DNA of 64,000 nucleotides from Frankiaceae bacterium. Lineage in GTDB: Bacteria; Actinomycetota; Actinomycetes; JAFAQI01. The stretch lies in NCBI GenBank assembly GCA_019239875.1, contig JAFAZI010000197.1:162-64161 (forward strand). Reading direction: 5' to 3'. The position numbers were made by a program, and so were the translations under genes. Positions 42,330-52,357 of this stretch are shown piece after piece. Under the pieces are notes generated by a model that ran no database searches, had not been told where the DNA came from, and saw nothing but the letters and a program-made list of their open reading frames with translations. The stretch's first letter is position 1. The number at the start of each line of letters is the position of its first letter.

Positions 42330-43943
42330 ATGCCCGACGCCGTGGTCATCGGTGCCGGTCCCAACGGCCTGGTCGCGGCAAACCGGCTAGCGGACGCCGG
42401 CTGGAGCGTCGTGCTGCTCGAGGCGGCATCGGATCCCGGCGGCGCCGTGAAGACCGCGGAGGTCACGGCACCCGGCTTCCACAACGACCTGTTCAGCGCC
42501 TTCTACCCGATGAGCGCCGTGTCCCCGGTGATCCGAGACCTCCGACTCGAGGAGCACGGGCTCGAGTGGACACACGCGCCGCTGGTGGTCGCGCACCCCA
42601 CGCCGGACGGCCGGGTCGCCATACTGTCACGGGACATCGACCGCACCGCCGCCTCGCTGGACGCGTATCACCCCGGTGACGGCGCGGCGTGGCGCAGTCT
42701 CGCGGCCAACTTCCGCGCGATCAAAGAGCCGCTGTTCGACGCTCTGTTCCGGCCCTTCCCGCCAGTGACGCCGGCCGTCCGAATCGCCCGCCAGCTCGGC
42801 AGCGGCGGGATGCTGCGGTTCGCGCGGTTCTTCACGCTGCCGCTGCGGCGCTGGATCGATGAGGAGTTCGGTGGCGAGGGGGCAGCGTCATTGATCGCCG
42901 GCAACGCACTGCACAGCGATCTGGGGCCGGACCAGGCGGGCAGCGCGGTGTTCGGCTGGCTGCTGGCGATGCTCGCGCAGGACGTCGGCTTCCCGGTGCC
43001 TGTCGGAGGTGCCGGCCGGCTGACCGGCGCGATGGCGAGCCGGGCGAGGAGCCGCGGTGTCGAGATCGTCTGTGACGCGCCGGTGGAGCGCGTGGTCGTG
43101 AAGAACGGCCGGGCGGTCGCCGTCGTGACCGCCGACGGCCGTGAGGTGCCGGCGGCCAGGGCGATCCTCGCGGCGGTTGACGCGCCCCAGCTGTTCCGCT
43201 CGATGGTCGGCCTGGAGGCCCTGCCCGCACGGCTCGCCCGTGACCTGGACCGCTTCCAGTGGGACAACGGCACCCTGAAGGTCGACTGGGCGCTCGACCG
43301 CCCCATCCCGTGGCGGCAGCCCGAGCTCGGCGAAGCCGGGACGGTGCATCTGGGCGGCGACCTCGACGCGATGTCCCGCTACAGCGCGCAGCTGTCGATG
43401 GGGCAGGTGCCGGACAGGCCGTACGCCGTGGTCGGCCAGATGACGACGTCCGACCCCACCCGCTCGCCCGCGGGTACCGAGGTCGCGTGGGCCTACACGC
43501 ATCTGCCACAACGAGTCCGCGGCGACGCGGGGCCTGACGGCCTCACGGGTCGATGGGACGCCAAGGAGGTCGACGTGGTCGTCGGCCGCCTCGAGCAGAC
43601 GATCGAGGACGCCGCGCCGGGCTTTCGCAAGACGATCATCGCCCGGTACGTCGTCGGTCCCTGGGAGCTCCACGCCGCTGACCGCAGCCTCTGGCAGGGT
43701 GCCCTCAACGGCGGCTCGGCGTCGATCCACCAGCAGCTGTTCTGGCGTCCGGTTCCCGGCCTCGGCCGACCCGAGACACCGATCGCGGGTCTGTATCTGG
43801 CGTCCGCGTCGGCGCACCCGGGCGGTTCAGTGCACGGCGGCTGCGGCGCAAACGCCGCGACGGTCGCGCTTCGGCACGCCGGCGTGCTCGGTCCGGCGCG
43901 TAGCCGACTGAGCCAGCGGCTACAGGACGCGATCTACCGCTGA
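42330..43943 (+). CDS. Phytoene desaturase-family FAD-dependent oxidoreductase
   Basis: GAGPNGL, HNDLFSAFYP, GLYLASASAHPGGSVHG. Confidence 0.85.
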   Translation: MPDAVVIGAGPNGLVAANRLADAGWSVVLLEAASDPGGAVKTAEVTAPGFHNDLFSAFYPMSAVSPVIRDLRLEEHGLEWTHAPLVVAHPTPDGRVAILSRDIDRTAASLDAYHPGDGAAWRSLAANFRAIKEPLFDALFRPFPPVTPAVRIARQLGSGGMLRFARFFTLPLRRWIDEEFGGEGAASLIAGNALHSDLGPDQAGSAVFGWLLAMLAQDVGFPVPVGGAGRLTGAMASRARSRGVEIVCDAPVERVVVKNGRAVAVVTADGREVPAARAILAAVDAPQLFRSMVGLEALPARLARDLDRFQWDNGTLKVDWALDRPIPWRQPELGEAGTVHLGGDLDAMSRYSAQLSMGQVPDRPYAVVGQMTTSDPTRSPAGTEVAWAYTHLPQRVRGDAGPDGLTGRWDAKEVDVVVGRLEQTIEDAAPGFRKTIIARYVVGPWELHAADRSLWQGALNGGSASIHQQLFWRPVPGLGRPETPIAGLYLASASAHPGGSVHGGCGANAATVALRHAGVLGPARSRLSQRLQDAIYR

Positions 43944-44398
43944 GCCGGGTGCAGCGTGGCGCCGCGGCTCTCGCTGACCCGCTCGAGGCGTCGCAGTGTC
44001 TCCACGTTGCGCACCTTGATGACCAGGTCGAACAGCGGGTTGTGCAGCACCTTGACGATGCCGTCGAGCGGCTTCTCGTCAATCTCTACCAGCGACGTCC
44101 GCTCCGACTGTGGCGTGACGTTCAGAACGACCCGAAAGCGCCCCGCCGGCTGCGAGTTGATCGCGAGGTCCAGCCGGCGTTCGGACGGGTCGACGTCGAG
44201 CACCTCGGTGTGGCTGTCATGCCGTAGCGGGAAGTGCCCGATCGTGTAGTGCAGCCGGGAGCCCTTGGCCGGGAACGTGTCATCCACGTCACGGATCTTG
44301 CGGGTGCCGACCACCCAGTCGCTGTACGTCCAGCCGTCGGACAACGCGTCCCACACCTGGTCTGCAGGTAGCGCCATCACGCGCCGGTTGATCGCCAT
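43934..44398 (-). CDS. SRPBCC/polyketide cyclase family protein
   Basis: VWDALSDGWTYSDWVVG...RNVETLRRL. Confidence 0.8.
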   Translation of the reverse strand: MAINRRVMALPADQVWDALSDGWTYSDWVVGTRKIRDVDDTFPAKGSRLHYTIGHFPLRHDSHTEVLDVDPSERRLDLAINSQPAGRFRVVLNVTPQSERTSLVEIDEKPLDGIVKVLHNPLFDLVIKVRNVETLRRLERVSESRGATLHPAQR

Positions 44399-44446
44399 CT
44401 CGACAGCCTTCCCGCGCCCCGGTCCAACTATCCATTGGGTTCCGGG

Positions 44447-47041
44447 TCAGCCGGTGTTCTGCAACCCGGCGGCGACGCCATTGACGCTGAGCAGCAGCAG
44501 ATTCCGCAGCCGGGCCTCCTCCGCTTCGTCCGCGAACTCGCCGAGCCGCAGGGCACGCAGCGCGCGCAGCTGGAGATGAGACAGCGCGTCGACGTAGGGG
44601 TTCCGAAGATCGACGGCGGCGGCGAGGATGTGCCGGCCCTCCAGCAGGCGGTCAGAGCCGAGGACGCCGAGGACCTGCTCGGTCGTGCGATCCAGCTCGG
44701 CGAGTACGCGGTCGGTGATGTCCGGGCGGTCACCCAGCGCGAGGTAGCGCGTGGCGACCACGCGGTCGGTCTTCGCCAACGACATCTCGGCGTTGTCGAT
44801 GAGTGCGGTGAACAGCGGCCACTCGCGGTACGCCGTACGGAGATCGTCGGTCGAGGCGGCGGCGAGCCCACTCCCGAGTCCGTACCACCCGGTGAGGTTG
44901 CAGCGGGTCTGCGACCAGGCGAACACCCACGGGATGGCACGCAGGTCGTTGAGGGTGAGGCCTCCCTTGCCCCCGGGCCGCCGCGAGGGGCGAGATCCAA
45001 GTGCGAGATCAGCGAGCTCCTCCAGCGGCGAGACCTGGGCGAAGAAGTCGGCGAAGCCGTCGGTCTCGACCAGGGCGCGATAGGCCTCCCGGCTGGCGCG
45101 CTCCATCAGCGACCCCAGCTCCGCGAAGCGTGCGGCAGCGTCGGAGTTGCGCTGCCCCACCGCGGGCGTCCCGGCGAGCAGCACGGCCGCCGTCACCTGC
45201 TCGAGGTGCCGTTCCGCGATCTTCGGGTTGCCGTAGCGCGCGAAGATGACCTCGCCCTGCTCCGTGACCTTGAACCGGCCGGCAACGCTGCCCGGCGGCT
45301 GCGCGAGGATCGCCCGGTTCACCGGCCCGCCGCCCCGCCCGAGGGACCCGCCGCGGCCGTGGAACAGCGTCAGCGCGACGCCGTTCTCATCCGCCCACCG
45401 AGCCAGCGCGGCCTGGGCGTCGTACAGCAGCAAGGTGGCGGAGAGCGGTCCCACGTCCTTCGCCGAGTCGGAGTAGCCGAGCATCACCTCGAGCCGCTCG
45501 GGTCGACCGTGCTCCGCCACCCACTCGTCGAGCGTCTCGGTGCACCGGCGAAGGTCCTCCCCAGTCTCGAACAGCGGGACGACGTCGAGCCGGAGCCCGT
45601 CCGCGCGGTCGCCGAGGGCATGGCGCACGAGCCGCGGCACAGCGGCGAGGTCGGCGGCGGAATGGCAGAAGCTGACGACGTACCGGTGGCAGGCCCGTTC
45701 CCCCCAGCGGTCCTGCAGCGCGGCCATCACGCGGATCGTGGCAAGCACTTCGCGGGTCATGTCCTCGCTGGGCTCGCCCTCGTGCGCGTCGAGGTCGGCG
45801 AGCGCGGCCGCGTGCACGCCACTGTGCTGCCGGATCTCGAGCTCGGCGAGGTGGAAGCCGAACGTCTCCACCTGCCAGATCAGGTTCTGGAGCTCGCCGT
45901 ACGCCGACCGCGCCGCGCCGGCGGCGGCGAGGGAGTCCTGGACGAGGCGGAGGTCGGCCAGCAGGTCGTCGGGTGAGCGATAGGCCAGGTCGGCGTCGCG
46001 GGTCCGGGTAGCCCGGATCCGGGCGGCCGCGAACATGACCTTGTGCCGGTGCGGCTGACCGCTCGACGCCCGGGCCAGTGCCGCGCTCTGCTTCGGGTGC
46101 GCGGTCGCGTCGGCGTCGAGGGCGGCCCGAAGCTCGTTGCTGGGCGGCGTCATCTCGATGCTCTGCGTCAGGCTTCGGCCGATCCGCGTCGCGGCGTTCT
46201 CCAGCGCGCGCAACACGTGGTCGGCCTGCACCTCGAGCGCCTCGCGGGTGATCTCGGAGGTGACGAAGGGGTTGCCGTCACGATCGCCACCCACCCAGGA
46301 TCCGAGGACGAGGTACGGCGGAGTCCGCGGCGCCGTCGTACCGGTTCCGCCGAGCGCCTGCTCGGTCGCGCGGTAGAGCCTCGGCGCCAGCCGGAACAAC
46401 GTCTCGTCGAACACCGCCATCGTGGCGCGCACCTCGTCGAGCGGATCGAGCCTCGTCGGGCGCACCAGGGCGGTCTCCCACAGCGTGGAGATCTCCTCGC
46501 GGACCCGCCGCTCCGCGTCCGCGCGCTCGCTGTCGCCCACCCGCGGGTCGTCACCTCGCTCCAGCTCGGCCGCGATCCGGTGCAGCGCCGTGACGACCGC
46601 ACGGCGTCGGGCCTCCGTCGGATGCGCGGTGAACACCGGGTGGACCTCGACGGACCGAAGGGCATCGGCCGCAGCATCTGTGCCGAGCTCAGCCACGGCG
46701 CCGGCGAGTGAGTCGCGCGACGGAGCTCGGTCGAACCGGTCACGGTGCCGCAGGACGCGGACCCGGTGCCGCTCCTCGGCAAGGTTCACGAGATGGAACA
46801 GCACGGTGAACGCCCGTGCGACGCGCTCCGCCTGGTCGAGCGGCAGCGCGTCGACGAGCTGTTGCGGATCGACGTCGGCGTCGCCGCGTCGCACGTCGCG
46901 GCAGGCCCGGCGCAGCGCCTCCACGTCGTCGTAGAGGTCGGTGCCACCAGACTCGGCAACGACGTCACCGAGCATCGCGCCGAGCCGCCGGACGTCGTCG
47001 TGAAGCGGGGTGAAGCCGTCGTCCGGTCGCTCCGCCGTCAT
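44447..47041 (-). CDS. ppc: Phosphoenolpyruvate carboxylase
   Basis: VFTAHPTE, WVGGDRDGNP, VMLGYSDSAKD, FHGRGGSLGRGGGP, LRAIPWVF, C-terminal LQNTG. Confidence 0.96.
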   Translation of the reverse strand: MTAERPDDGFTPLHDDVRRLGAMLGDVVAESGGTDLYDDVEALRRACRDVRRGDADVDPQQLVDALPLDQAERVARAFTVLFHLVNLAEERHRVRVLRHRDRFDRAPSRDSLAGAVAELGTDAAADALRSVEVHPVFTAHPTEARRRAVVTALHRIAAELERGDDPRVGDSERADAERRVREEISTLWETALVRPTRLDPLDEVRATMAVFDETLFRLAPRLYRATEQALGGTGTTAPRTPPYLVLGSWVGGDRDGNPFVTSEITREALEVQADHVLRALENAATRIGRSLTQSIEMTPPSNELRAALDADATAHPKQSAALARASSGQPHRHKVMFAAARIRATRTRDADLAYRSPDDLLADLRLVQDSLAAAGAARSAYGELQNLIWQVETFGFHLAELEIRQHSGVHAAALADLDAHEGEPSEDMTREVLATIRVMAALQDRWGERACHRYVVSFCHSAADLAAVPRLVRHALGDRADGLRLDVVPLFETGEDLRRCTETLDEWVAEHGRPERLEVMLGYSDSAKDVGPLSATLLLYDAQAALARWADENGVALTLFHGRGGSLGRGGGPVNRAILAQPPGSVAGRFKVTEQGEVIFARYGNPKIAERHLEQVTAAVLLAGTPAVGQRNSDAAARFAELGSLMERASREAYRALVETDGFADFFAQVSPLEELADLALGSRPSRRPGGKGGLTLNDLRAIPWVFAWSQTRCNLTGWYGLGSGLAAASTDDLRTAYREWPLFTALIDNAEMSLAKTDRVVATRYLALGDRPDITDRVLAELDRTTEQVLGVLGSDRLLEGRHILAAAVDLRNPYVDALSHLQLRALRALRLGEFADEAEEARLRNLLLLSVNGVAAGLQNTG

Positions 47042-47050
47042 GGCGGAAGG

Positions 47051-48247
47051 TTACGAAGTCGGCGAACTGCTCGATCCGCCGGAGGGTCGGTCGGACGGCG
47101 ACGTGGTCGGTGGCGTGTGCTGGCGGGGCGGTCGTTTCGCGCTGGCCGGGAGCACGAGCGGCATCGTCGTGTAGCCACGCCGCCGCCAGGTCGGCAGCAC
47201 CCTGCGCAGCGCCCGCACGGTCTCGACGCGGTTGCCGCCGCCGTCGTGGCAGAGCACGATGTCGCCCGGCCGGCCGCGCAGCATCTTCGCCTGGATCCGC
47301 TTGCGTCCAGGCATCGCCCAGTCCCGCGGATCCACATCCCAATCCAGCGGCGTGAGGCCGTAGGCGGCGAGGGCGCGGAACACGAACGGTGACCAGTCCC
47401 CGCCGGGTGAGCGGAACAGCTCGGGCGTCACCTTGGCGGCACGCTCGATCGCTCGCTGCGTCTTGGTGATCTCGGCGACGATGCGCTTCTCCGACTGGCG
47501 GGCGAATGGCTGCACATGTGTGTAGCTGTGGTTGACGATCGCGTGGCCCGCGCGGTGGATGTCGCGGATCAGGCCCGGATAGGTGTCGGCGTGGATGCCG
47601 ACCACACAGAAGGACGCCTGCATGTGATGGCGTTCCAGCAGGCGCAACACCTTGGGGGTCCAGTCCGGGTCCGGGCCGTCGTCGATCGTGAGCGCGATCG
47701 CGTGAGCCGGCGGACTCGTGTCCACGTCGTGGACGGTGTAGATCGGGTGCGATCGCTCCCGGACCTTGGCCGCGGGCAGCGACACGTGCTCCTCGCGACG
47801 TGACCGGTGACCGCTGGAGCGGTGCTTGCCGTCGTGCTTCCCGTTGTCATGGCCGTGCGGGTGGTGACCCTTGCCGCCCGCGTGCGAATGACCGTGACGG
47901 TGCAGATCAGCGTGCTGGTGGTGCGGGCCGGTCGAGTCGCCGTTGCCATGCAGGCCCTTGTCGGGCAGGGTCGGGCGGTGCGTCGGCTGGCTGCTCGTCT
48001 CCGGCGCTGTGGTCCCGCCATTCGCGCCGCCACTTCGCTGGGGCAGTGGCGTCGAGGGTCCGCCCTGGACCGTCGCCGAATGGTGGTGGGAGCTGCGAAA
48101 CAGCTCCACGACCCCGCCGCCGGTGAGCAGCGCGACCGCGCCGAGGATCGCGCGTCGCGTGATGCTGGATCGCGGCGTTGTCGGCGTACGCGTCAGCCCC
48201 GCGCGCCCATACGACGTCCGCGGGTAGCCAGAATTTCTGCGCCGCAT
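47051..48247 (-). CDS. Polysaccharide deacetylase (CE4/NodB) with membrane anchor and His-rich linker
   Basis: TIDDGP, NHSYTH, FRSPGG, DPRDW, IVLCHDG. TRRAIL precedes a hydrophobic segment. Start uncertain. Confidence 0.85.
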   Translation of the reverse strand: MRRRNSGYPRTSYGRAGLTRTPTTPRSSITRRAILGAVALLTGGGVVELFRSSHHHSATVQGGPSTPLPQRSGGANGGTTAPETSSQPTHRPTLPDKGLHGNGDSTGPHHQHADLHRHGHSHAGGKGHHPHGHDNGKHDGKHRSSGHRSRREEHVSLPAAKVRERSHPIYTVHDVDTSPPAHAIALTIDDGPDPDWTPKVLRLLERHHMQASFCVVGIHADTYPGLIRDIHRAGHAIVNHSYTHVQPFARQSEKRIVAEITKTQRAIERAAKVTPELFRSPGGDWSPFVFRALAAYGLTPLDWDVDPRDWAMPGRKRIQAKMLRGRPGDIVLCHDGGGNRVETVRALRRVLPTWRRRGYTTMPLVLPASAKRPPRQHTPPTTSPSDRPSGGSSSSPTS

Positions 48248-48418
48248 CGAAGAACTCTTACGGAAGGGGACGGGGAAGGTGTCGTGTAGTGAGACGACGG
48301 TAGGTGCTGTTTGGTTGCCTTGCCAGGCACATCGGCACCAAGGTTTTTCGTGTCGCTGCTTTTCGTTACCCTACAACGGTTTCTCGTGAGTTCTCGACTG
48401 CTGCGATACGGTGCCGCG

Positions 48419-48958
48419 GTGACCGACGACGCGTCGAGCAGCCCGAAGGTGGCAGGTCTGTCCCCGACGTTCCGGCACCTCGACGATGCTGACGTGCCCT
48501 GGCAGCAGGTCAAGCGGATCCAGCGTGCCGACGGCAGCGAAGCCGCGGTCTGGGAGAAGTGGTTCGCGTTCTCGCCGGACCCGCCGTACCTGTCGCTGTA
48601 TGCGAAGTGGGACCCCGGAATGGTGATCCGCCGCCACGGTCACCACAGCCCGCACGTGTTGTTCGTCATGGAAGGCGAGATGTGGTGCGGCGACCGGCAC
48701 TGTCCCGCCGGCACCCACATCGAGCTGCCATACGGCGCTGCGTTCGGGCCGTTCCTCGCCGGACCTGACGGCACTGTCTTGCTCGAGGTCATGATGGGCG
48801 ACCCGCGTTCGTGGGGCGACGACCAGGCGCTGTTCGAGCAAGTGCTCGCTGACCAGGGCGCGTCGGTCCTGCCGGACGTGCCGCTGGACTTCCCGGACTG
48901 GCTCACGGACCTGCGGTCACGCTGGGTCGCCGAGGATCCGGCACCGACTGACGGTTGA
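48419..48958 (+). CDS. Cupin-fold protein
   Basis: RRHGHHSPHVLFVMEGEM cupin-like motif. Confidence 0.65.
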   Translation: MTDDASSSPKVAGLSPTFRHLDDADVPWQQVKRIQRADGSEAAVWEKWFAFSPDPPYLSLYAKWDPGMVIRRHGHHSPHVLFVMEGEMWCGDRHCPAGTHIELPYGAAFGPFLAGPDGTVLLEVMMGDPRSWGDDQALFEQVLADQGASVLPDVPLDFPDWLTDLRSRWVAEDPAPTDG

Positions 48959-49015
48959 CTTCGCCGCCGGGCCGCCTCTCCGGGAGCGACGGCTACACTC
49001 GTCTGCGCTTCAACT

Positions 49016-49088
49016 GCGCTCGTAGCTCAACGGATAGAGCATCTGACTACGGATCAGAAGGTTGGGGGTTCGAGTCCCTCCGAGCGCG
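49016..49088 (+). tRNA. tRNA-Arg(ACG)
   Basis: GCGCTCG/CGAGCGC acceptor stem, TCTGA-CTACGGA-TCAGA anticodon arm, GGTTCGAGTCC. CCA not encoded. A TACACT -10-like box lies at 48994-48999. Confidence 0.96.
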
Positions 49089-49120
49089 CTTCGTGTCCCG
49101 CCGCCCAGACCTATCGGCGT

Positions 49121-49198
49121 GAACTGATCGCCGAGCCCCGCGAAACGGGCGCCAGAGAGCCTTTCGAAGGCCCGTTCCGCCCGGCTCGGCGGCAGCTC
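49121..49198. repeat. REP-like palindrome, family E copy 2 (possible bidirectional terminator)
   Basis: TCGCCGAGCCCCGCGAAACGGGC ... GCCCGTTCCGCCCGGCTCGGCG between the convergent tRNA-Arg and oxidase genes. Confidence 0.7.
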
Positions 49199-49207
49199 GG
49201 TGGCGCC

Positions 49208-51268
49208 TCAGGTGGCGTGGCGCCGGTTCGCGCGGCGGTAGCCGATGATCAGCGCCAGCACCAGCGCCTCGGCCAGGGATGCCGACCCGGTCCGGCCGAC
49301 CATCCGCCACCAGTCGGTCGGCCCGGCAGATGCGCCCATCGGGTCAGCCGAGTCCATCCCGTCCATCGCCATCGGCGTGGCGACCCGATGGTGCGTGCCG
49401 GCCAGGTAGTAACCGGCCGGAAGGGCGTGGTGGCCTCGCTTGACGACCGCGAACTGCGCCATCATCCCGTCGTCCTCATGGTTCAGCATGTGGCAATGGA
49501 TCATGAAGACACCGGTGTAGTCGGTGAACTTCGCGGCGACCTTCACGGTCTGGCCGGGATCCACCCGCCAGGTGTCCTCGATGCCACGCAGGTACGGCGG
49601 CGGCTTCTTGCCGTTGTACTCGACCGTGCGCCAGGTCTCCTCGTGGATGTGGATGAAGTGCGTGATCGGGCTGACGTTCTTCAGCTTCCAGGTCTGTGTG
49701 GACCCGAGCGGCACCGTGTAGTCCACCCGATTGGGGTCGAACGGCTTGCCGTTCACCGACCAGTAGGTGCCGTCGGTCTCGTTGCCGCGGAGGCCGAACT
49801 TCCACACCTTCGCGACCTTCTTCGGCGCTTTCAGCTTCGGCGCCGGCTCGATCGCAGCCGGGATCCGCGACGTGTCCTTCGCGGCGTGTGTCACGCGGAA
49901 CTGCATGATCTCGGCGTTCGGGGTGCCGAGGCCACTCGGTGCGGAGCCCTTGGTCGGGATCGAGTCGAGCACGATCTTCTTGTGCAGCTCGCCGTGGAAG
50001 TCGACGATCACATCGGCGCGCTGCGCCGGACCGAGGATGATGTCCTGGCGGATCACCGGCTTCGGCAACAGCCCGTTCCCCGTGCCGATCTGTACGAACG
50101 GCCGGCCGTCGGACAGCGCAAAGTCATATGACGTGTAGTCCGACCCGTTGAGCAGCCGCAGCCGGTACCGATGGGCAGCGACCTTCTGGTACGGCGCATA
50201 GCGGCCGTCGACCAGGATGTGCGTGCCGACCGTCGCGTCGTTCGGCGGCGCCATCGGTCCGGTGATCGGACCCATCGCCGGCGGCGGGAACGGGTCGGTG
50301 AGCTGGTTGTTGTCGTTGAAGCTGCGGTCCGCGATGAGCAGCGGTACGTCGTACTTTCCCGTTGGGAGGCGCAGCTTGGGCGTCCGCTTGTCGTGCGTGA
50401 TGAACATGCCCTGCAACCCCTCCCAGTTGTTCTTGGCGGTCCGGGACATGCGGTGGTCGTGGTAGTACTCGAACGCCGCTCGCTCCGGCTTTCCGGCCTC
50501 GCGCAGCGGGTAGTTGTAGGTGTGCGACTTCCCGTGCTTGATCAGGTGGGTGGTGGGCTGGCCGTCAGCGGCAGCCGAATGGTGATCGCCGTGGAAGTGG
50601 GTCGAGATCGATCCGGCGGCGTCGGGCAGGTCGTTGATGAAGGTGACCTTGGTGTCCTTGCCGGCCGGACGCTTGATCGTCGGGCCGGGATAGCTGCCGC
50701 CGTAGGTCCACATGTAGGTGCGCTGCCCGGTCGGCAGCACCCGCACCGGTGTCTGCTTGGCGTGCAGCGTGATGTGCGCCTTGGTCTTGACCGGGGGAAT
50801 GAGCAGGGGCTGGTCGAAGCTCTGCGGCGTGGGGTGGACCCCGCCGCCCTTGCCCTCGACGATCAACTTCCCCTGCATGTTCGGGTGGAAGCTGCAGAAG
50901 AAGTCGTACCGGCCTGGCGCCAGGTCGCTCGCGGCCGGGATCGAGGTCGTGGAGCCGGGCGACACGAGGACGCTGAACAGCGGGTCGCCGTGGGAGTCGT
51001 GCGCGACGGAGGTCACCGTGTGGTCGATGGAGTCCAGGTTGGTGGCGCTTAAGGCGCCGCCCTTGGAGATGGTGACGACGCGGGTGGCGTAGCCGTGGGT
51101 CTGCGCGTTGTGGGGGATGACGATCGTCGCCGAGGTCTGGCGCAACGCCTGCGGCGTGTGCCCGAGCGACATCCCCTCCGCCGCGGACGCGGACGGTACG
51201 ACGCCGTACCCGACCGCCGCCGCGATCGCTACGCTCAACGCCGCAGCATGCCCCCGTGCAATTCGCAT
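49208..51268 (-). CDS. Multicopper oxidase with an extra N-terminal cupredoxin domain and a C-terminal membrane anchor
   Basis: HTVT...FFCSFHPNM type-1 site; HFHG, YHDH, HFIHIH, HCHMLNHEDDGMM; Met-rich tail followed by a TM helix. Confidence 0.9.
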   Translation of the reverse strand: MRIARGHAAALSVAIAAAVGYGVVPSASAAEGMSLGHTPQALRQTSATIVIPHNAQTHGYATRVVTISKGGALSATNLDSIDHTVTSVAHDSHGDPLFSVLVSPGSTTSIPAASDLAPGRYDFFCSFHPNMQGKLIVEGKGGGVHPTPQSFDQPLLIPPVKTKAHITLHAKQTPVRVLPTGQRTYMWTYGGSYPGPTIKRPAGKDTKVTFINDLPDAAGSISTHFHGDHHSAAADGQPTTHLIKHGKSHTYNYPLREAGKPERAAFEYYHDHRMSRTAKNNWEGLQGMFITHDKRTPKLRLPTGKYDVPLLIADRSFNDNNQLTDPFPPPAMGPITGPMAPPNDATVGTHILVDGRYAPYQKVAAHRYRLRLLNGSDYTSYDFALSDGRPFVQIGTGNGLLPKPVIRQDIILGPAQRADVIVDFHGELHKKIVLDSIPTKGSAPSGLGTPNAEIMQFRVTHAAKDTSRIPAAIEPAPKLKAPKKVAKVWKFGLRGNETDGTYWSVNGKPFDPNRVDYTVPLGSTQTWKLKNVSPITHFIHIHEETWRTVEYNGKKPPPYLRGIEDTWRVDPGQTVKVAAKFTDYTGVFMIHCHMLNHEDDGMMAQFAVVKRGHHALPAGYYLAGTHHRVATPMAMDGMDSADPMGASAGPTDWWRMVGRTGSASLAEALVLALIIGYRRANRRHAT

Positions 51269-51412
51269 CTGTGAAGTTTCGCATCTCGCCCGCACGCTCG
51301 TGGCGGTTTAGCGAGGCGGCCTACTGGCTATGGCAATGACACAGGGGTGGGCTTAAAGTGCGCGCGTCAACGTATGACCATTCGCGGCGGTCAAAATTCA
51401 TGAGGAGGCTGC

Positions 51413-52330
51413 ATGTCAGGAAGAACCCGGATGTCGGTGGGAGTCGCGGTCGCGGCTACCACCTCGCTCGCGCTTGTGGGGGTGAGCGCTGGCTCAGCGA
51501 TCAGCGCCCCGCACGCGACCAAGACCATCGCGGCGACACCCAAGCTCAAGGTGAAGGTGTCCAAGCACAAGTTCAAGGTGCACGGGCCGAGCGCCTTCCA
51601 GCCCGGCACGGTCGCGCTGACCGGTATCGGCAAGGGCGGCAACGGTGCGTTCGAGATCGTCCGGCTGAAGCACGGCTACACGTACCACCAGCTGCGTCAG
51701 GACATCAAGACCTTCGGTGCCAGCTACGGCCCGAAGGGCCCGTCGAAGTCAGGGCTCAAAGCGTTTCACCGCGCGTTGGCAAACTCGACTGAGTACGGCG
51801 GCCTGGCACCGTCTCAGGGCCAGAAGCTGCGTGGCTCGGTGAAGTTGAACAAGGCGGGCACCTACTACCTGTTCAACGACAGCACCAACACTCCCAAGCC
51901 GCACCCGGTGATCCTCACGGTGTCCGGGCCAAAGGCGCACCGTGCACCGGTCGCGACCTCCGCCACGGTGAAGGCGACCAAGAAGGCACGCTGGCATGGC
52001 GACAAGACGCTGCCGGCCAAGGGCACGATCAAGTTCAAGAACATCTCCAAGGGCATGCACAAGTCGCCGCACTTCGTGGACCTGGAGCGAGTGAAGCCGG
52101 GCACGACCCGCAAGGACGTCCTCGACTTCTTCGCCAACGGTCACGGCCGGCCGCCGTTCGCGGTCCCCGGTCCGTCGGTGGACTCCGACATCGTCGGCCC
52201 GCATCAGTCGATGACGCTGCGCTACAAGCTGCACCGCGGCTCGTACGCACTGATGTGCTTCTTCCCGGACCCGATGACGGGCATCCCCCACGCCTTCATG
52301 GGCATGGTGAGGATCGTCAACCTCAAGTAG
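51413..52330 (+). CDS. Secreted basic protein with a cupredoxin-like C-terminal copper motif
   Basis: Signal peptide, PHFV...YALMCFFPDPMTGIPHAFMGM (H...C...H...M). Confidence 0.65.
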   Translation: MSGRTRMSVGVAVAATTSLALVGVSAGSAISAPHATKTIAATPKLKVKVSKHKFKVHGPSAFQPGTVALTGIGKGGNGAFEIVRLKHGYTYHQLRQDIKTFGASYGPKGPSKSGLKAFHRALANSTEYGGLAPSQGQKLRGSVKLNKAGTYYLFNDSTNTPKPHPVILTVSGPKAHRAPVATSATVKATKKARWHGDKTLPAKGTIKFKNISKGMHKSPHFVDLERVKPGTTRKDVLDFFANGHGRPPFAVPGPSVDSDIVGPHQSMTLRYKLHRGSYALMCFFPDPMTGIPHAFMGMVRIVNLK

Positions 52331-52357
52331 TTCTGCAGTAGTACGTGGCGGTCGCCG

